A stretch of DNA of 61,899 bases, counting the filler, from Deltaproteobacteria bacterium (lineage in GTDB: Bacteria; JAEEML01), in assembly GCA_016283195.1 (NCBI GenBank). It is 6 parts of 6 records of this genome, joined end to end, with 100 filler letters (N's around TTAATTAATTAA, not from the genome) between each part and the next. Parts side by side here need not be neighbours in the genome. Positions count along the whole stretch, not along the records: positions 51,652 to 61,899 come from JAEEML010000010.1; 5 more parts are not named here. One strand, written 5' to 3'. Of this stretch, positions 58,615 through 61,899 are shown piece by piece (position 1 is the first letter of the stretch; every line of letters starts with the position of its first letter). Under the pieces are notes generated by a model. The model did no database searches. It was given only the letters and a program-made list of their open reading frames with translations, and was not told the origin of the DNA. Position numbers and translations under genes: made by a program.

Positions 58615-59679
58615 TTAAAAAAACATTCCGATTACATCGCGAATGCTGACAAAGATTATTAAACCAAAGACCAAGATAAATCCAGCAAGATGTATAGCGG
58701 CTTCAACTTTTGGTGGAATTTTTCCGCCGGTAAAGAGGCCGATGACTAAAAAGAGCAGGCGGCCGCCATCGAGCGCCGGGATAGGCAAGAGGTTAAAAAA
58801 GGCGAGACTCATGGAGAGCATGAAGAGAATCATTAAAAATTCCGCCGCCCCGGCCTCGGCCTGTTTATAAACAACGCGGGCAATGCCGGGGATGCCCATG
58901 AGTTTGCCATCGCCTTTACCCACCAAAAGGGTGAGAAGTTTGGGCACATAGCTTTTGCTCTGTTCCACTGTATAAACCGTGCCGGTCACAATAGCAGCGC
59001 CCAGGCTCAGGCCCTCGCCGTGCTCAGTGTGCGGATAAATGCCCAATTTGCCCTGGCCGCCTTCCTGGCCGTCGGGGGTGATGGTGAGCGCCAGGCTGGC
59101 GCCGTCGCGGATAATCAGCACCTTTTGCTCTTTAGCGGCGGTGCCGCCGAGAGCGGCGATCATTGACTCCCAGCTGGTTACATCGCGTTCACCGATGCGC
59201 ACAATTTGATCCATGGGTTTCAGCTCGGCTTTGGCGGCCGGGCTACCCGGCTCAATATCGCCAACTAAAGCTTTATCGGCCACCGGCGCTGGCAGACCAA
59301 TCATAAAGGCAATAATAGCCAGCACAATGGCCCCCACCCAGTTGGTGAGCGGGCCGGCCAGAATGTAGGCCAGGCGCCCCCAGACAGGGCGATTTTCGTA
59401 GCGCTTGGGATCATCGGGTGCCGAAACGGGGAATTCATCATCCTCGCCCGGCTCCTCTTCGCCAACGCCGCCATCTACCATGACATAGCCGCCCAGCGGG
59501 ATGGCGCTTAGGCGATATTGAGTGTCGCCGCGTGTCCAAGAAAATAATTTGGGGCCAAAGCCAATGGAAAAGCAGAGCACCCGAAAGCCGGTGGCGCGGG
59601 CGGCGGCAAAGTGGCCGAGTTCATGAAAAAATATGAGCCCGCCAATGCCTAAGACTGTGAGAATTATGGATAATATCAC
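58615..59679 (-). CDS. rseP: RseP M50 intramembrane metalloprotease
   Basis: HELGH, FSIGFG, PLGGY, PDZ, NLLPIPALDGG. Confidence 0.92.
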   Translation of the reverse strand: MILSIILTVLGIGGLIFFHELGHFAAARATGFRVLCFSIGFGPKLFSWTRGDTQYRLSAIPLGGYVMVDGGVGEEEPGEDDEFPVSAPDDPKRYENRPVWGRLAYILAGPLTNWVGAIVLAIIAFMIGLPAPVADKALVGDIEPGSPAAKAELKPMDQIVRIGERDVTSWESMIAALGGTAAKEQKVLIIRDGASLALTITPDGQEGGQGKLGIYPHTEHGEGLSLGAAIVTGTVYTVEQSKSYVPKLLTLLVGKGDGKLMGIPGIARVVYKQAEAGAAEFLMILFMLSMSLAFFNLLPIPALDGGRLLFLVIGLFTGGKIPPKVEAAIHLAGFILVFGLIIFVSIRDVIGMFF

Positions 59680-59681
59680 TA

Positions 59682-60197
59682 TTAGTCCTCCGTAAGTTCA
59701 AATAAATCATCTACGCCGCCGGCGCGCATTACTTTGTAAATAACGCCGCTGGTAAAGCCGCGCCCTTGCAAATGGCGCATTGCCGCCGCCCGCTTTTTAG
59801 GCTCATTAAGATCCTCTTTGGCCCCGAAATGGCGGGCAAAGTAGTGTTGGCCGATAGCCAGCTCAGTATCGGCATCAAAGTCATTTTTTAGCAAAAGATC
59901 GTCTGCGGCCGCGCTTTCGATACCGGCTTCGCGCATTTTATTTAAAAGCCAAAAGCGCCCGCGCCCGCTGCGCTGGGCTTCGCGCACCAGTTGTTCCACA
60001 AAAGAAAGATCGCTCAAAATGCCTTTGGCGCGGAATTTTTCCACCACTTCCCGGCTTTCATCGGCGGCAAAGCCCTTAGCGCGCAGCTTTTTTAAAAGTT
60101 CGGCCTCGCCATAGGCCCGGCGGGCCAACAAATCGGTGGCATACATGAGAGCGGTTTTGCCGCTCTCCCGGCCTCTTGTCGCAGGGGAAAAGGGCAT
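59682..60197 (-). CDS. recX: RecX regulatory protein
   Basis: LLARR...EL..KL, LQGRGF. Confidence 0.82.
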   Translation of the reverse strand: MPFSPATRGRESGKTALMYATDLLARRAYGEAELLKKLRAKGFAADESREVVEKFRAKGILSDLSFVEQLVREAQRSGRGRFWLLNKMREAGIESAAADDLLLKNDFDADTELAIGQHYFARHFGAKEDLNEPKKRAAAMRHLQGRGFTSGVIYKVMRAGGVDDLFELTED

Positions 60198-60201
60198 AAT
60201 A

Positions 60202-61899
60202 TTACCAGTTTTTCATCTTTTCCAGGATGGGATAAGAAGGAGCTATATCAGCCGGCACATGGTCTTGGAAAGAGGCAATGGCTTCCACCATTTCCGGTTT
60301 CATTGGGCCGTATTTGGCCAAAAAGGCTTTGGCGCCCTCATAGTCGCCTTTGGCCTCCAGCTCCAGGAGAACGGCCAAAAGATCCTTCACCGCCGCGCCC
60401 ATTTTTTCGGCATCGACATAAAAGCGCTTTTTCTCGGCGTCATAGACATAGCCGCCTTTTTCCATAATAAAATTAAAAGAGCTGGAGACAGCTTTAGAGT
60501 GCGCTTCTTCGGCGCCAAAACGCACGGTGCGGAAGGCCCCGGCGAGGGAGGAGGCCCACACGGCGCGGGTGCTGCCGGCCGGATAAATGCCTTTTTCTTC
60601 CAAATAGGCCACAGAGTGCATACCGCCGATATCGGCCTTGGCCTCTTCTATGGCCGGGTAAGTCTCTTTGAGCTCTTTATTGACATCACTTTGCGAGCCG
60701 TCTGGGCGGGTAATGAGGCCCGGCCCCAGGCCATGAGCTACTTCATGCAGTAAGATAAATTGGAAGAAGGAATCCGGGGTGATAAGCGCTTTTTCTTCAT
60801 CGGTTAGGGTATAATCGGCGATGGGCAGCAAAATGGCTTTATATTTGGCATCCATCAGATTGCGCATCATCACCTTTTTGGAGCCGAATTTGGCCCGCGT
60901 CACCTCATCGTTGGGCAGGTTAAAGGCCACTGTTTGCACGCCGCCGCAGCCGCCGCAATAGACATTGGTCACCACCGAAATGGGCGAACCCAGCCCGCGC
61001 ATCGGGGTCTTTAGCTCCGGTTTCATGGGGAAGTTATTGTCCAGCTCTTCCATCATGGTGCCGATTTTGGCGAGTTGCCGCGAGGCTTCCTGGTCTTTTA
61101 TGGCCACATAAGCCTCAAAAATGGCTTTGTAATTCATTAGCTCATCGTCATAGACTTCATAAGGGCCAAAAGTGAGCTCGATGGGGCTTTCGTTAAGGTG
61201 CAGCCAGTCGCCGTCGGATTCCATATAATTATCGTTTTGCAAAGCGGCCGCCCGGCTTAAAAGGAATTTCTTTAAATCGGCGTGCTCGGTAATTTCGGCG
61301 GCCTCTTTAAAGAGAGCGGCCATTTTGGCTATATCTTCGGCATAAGCCTGGCTATAAGGCACAGCCACTAATTTACCGGCTTCATCGCGGCGAATGACGG
61401 TAAAGTAAGAGGTGAAAGCTTCGCGCTTATCGGGATTTTCGGCTAAAAACTTTTCAAATTCCTCTTTGGTCATGTCGTGGGGGTAAAACTCGCCTTCCGG
61501 CCGCCGCATAAAGTCACCAAAGACCAATTCACCGTTGGTGAGCTGATCCCAGGGAGCGTTATAAGTTTTAAAAAGTGCTTTGGCTTCGGCCGAATAATTG
61601 CCTTCAAGTATCTCTTTTTTGAGCGGCAAAATGCGCAGATCGATTTGCTTTCTGGAGAGCTCATCGGCCACTTCGGCGGCTTCTACCAACAATTTGAGCA
61701 CCTTTTTATCATTGGAGGAAAGGGCGCTGTCGTCAAAATCGAGGGCCACCTGGCCCCAGTTGCTCAGCCGTTTGGCTATATCATCGGCCACAAATACCGG
61801 CGCATCACTATGTTTTATTGTTTCGTTTCCCTGCACCTTAACCTCCGCTTCCGGCGCGGCTTTTACTTTGTTCTTTTGCCCGCCGCCGCAACCATTCAG
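60202..61899 (-). CDS. Peptidase M49 (DPP III-like, HEXXH type), probable lipoprotein; start lies outside the window
   Basis: GPYEVYDD, AFNLPND, HEVAHGLG, EEAKAD; frame open to the edge (LNGCGGG). Confidence 0.85.
   Translation of the reverse strand: MNGCGGGQKNKVKAAPEAEVKVQGNETIKHSDAPVFVADDIAKRLSNWGQVALDFDDSALSSNDKKVLKLLVEAAEVADELSRKQIDLRILPLKKEILEGNYSAEAKALFKTYNAPWDQLTNGELVFGDFMRRPEGEFYPHDMTKEEFEKFLAENPDKREAFTSYFTVIRRDEAGKLVAVPYSQAYAEDIAKMAALFKEAAEITEHADLKKFLLSRAAALQNDNYMESDGDWLHLNESPIELTFGPYEVYDDELMNYKAIFEAYVAIKDQEASRQLAKIGTMMEELDNNFPMKPELKTPMRGLGSPISVVTNVYCGGCGGVQTVAFNLPNDEVTRAKFGSKKVMMRNLMDAKYKAILLPIADYTLTDEEKALITPDSFFQFILLHEVAHGLGPGLITRPDGSQSDVNKELKETYPAIEEAKADIGGMHSVAYLEEKGIYPAGSTRAVWASSLAGAFRTVRFGAEEAHSKAVSSSFNFIMEKGGYVYDAEKKRFYVDAEKMGAAVKDLLAVLLELEAKGDYEGAKAFLAKYGPMKPEMVEAIASFQDHVPADIAPSYPILEKMKNW

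Overview
The window is not contiguous. It holds six contig pieces joined by 100-nt artificial linkers (N runs around TTAATTAATTAA) at 21268-21367, 27647-27746, 41824-41923, 48801-48900 and 51552-51651, so adjacency across a linker means nothing. The gene content suggests a Myxococcota/deltaproteobacterium-like draft genome (inference). Piece 1: gspE-N type II secretion cluster, beta-propeller lipoprotein, radical SAM/SPASM, LysM-M23, NAT, dksA, glycosyltransferases, ygeY-ygeW. Piece 2: two tRNA-Asn, PP2C-cNMP phosphatase, FHA-GGDEF cyclase, rny. Piece 3: a truncated reverse transcriptase, two Hsp20 genes, a tRNA-Thr-linked accessory islet with a toxin-antitoxin (TA) pair, and Cys-rich lipoproteins. 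Piece 4: a second TA pair and two large paralogues of unknown function. Piece 5: tfoX-like, vat-like and the 3' end of recA. Piece 6: Hen1-Pnkp RNA repair, rseP, recX and an M49 peptidase. The best candidate for an undescribed system is the atypical RT (KGIIAG motif). It is preceded by a hand-folded, multi-stem, possibly pseudoknotted ncRNA with a terminator, and by a membrane-anchored DUF2726-like gene. The second candidate is a pair of unannotated orphan 'FSVRCLKD' (Fib_succ_major-like) tails, each beside a TA module. All family calls come from motif recognition by eye; no searches were run.
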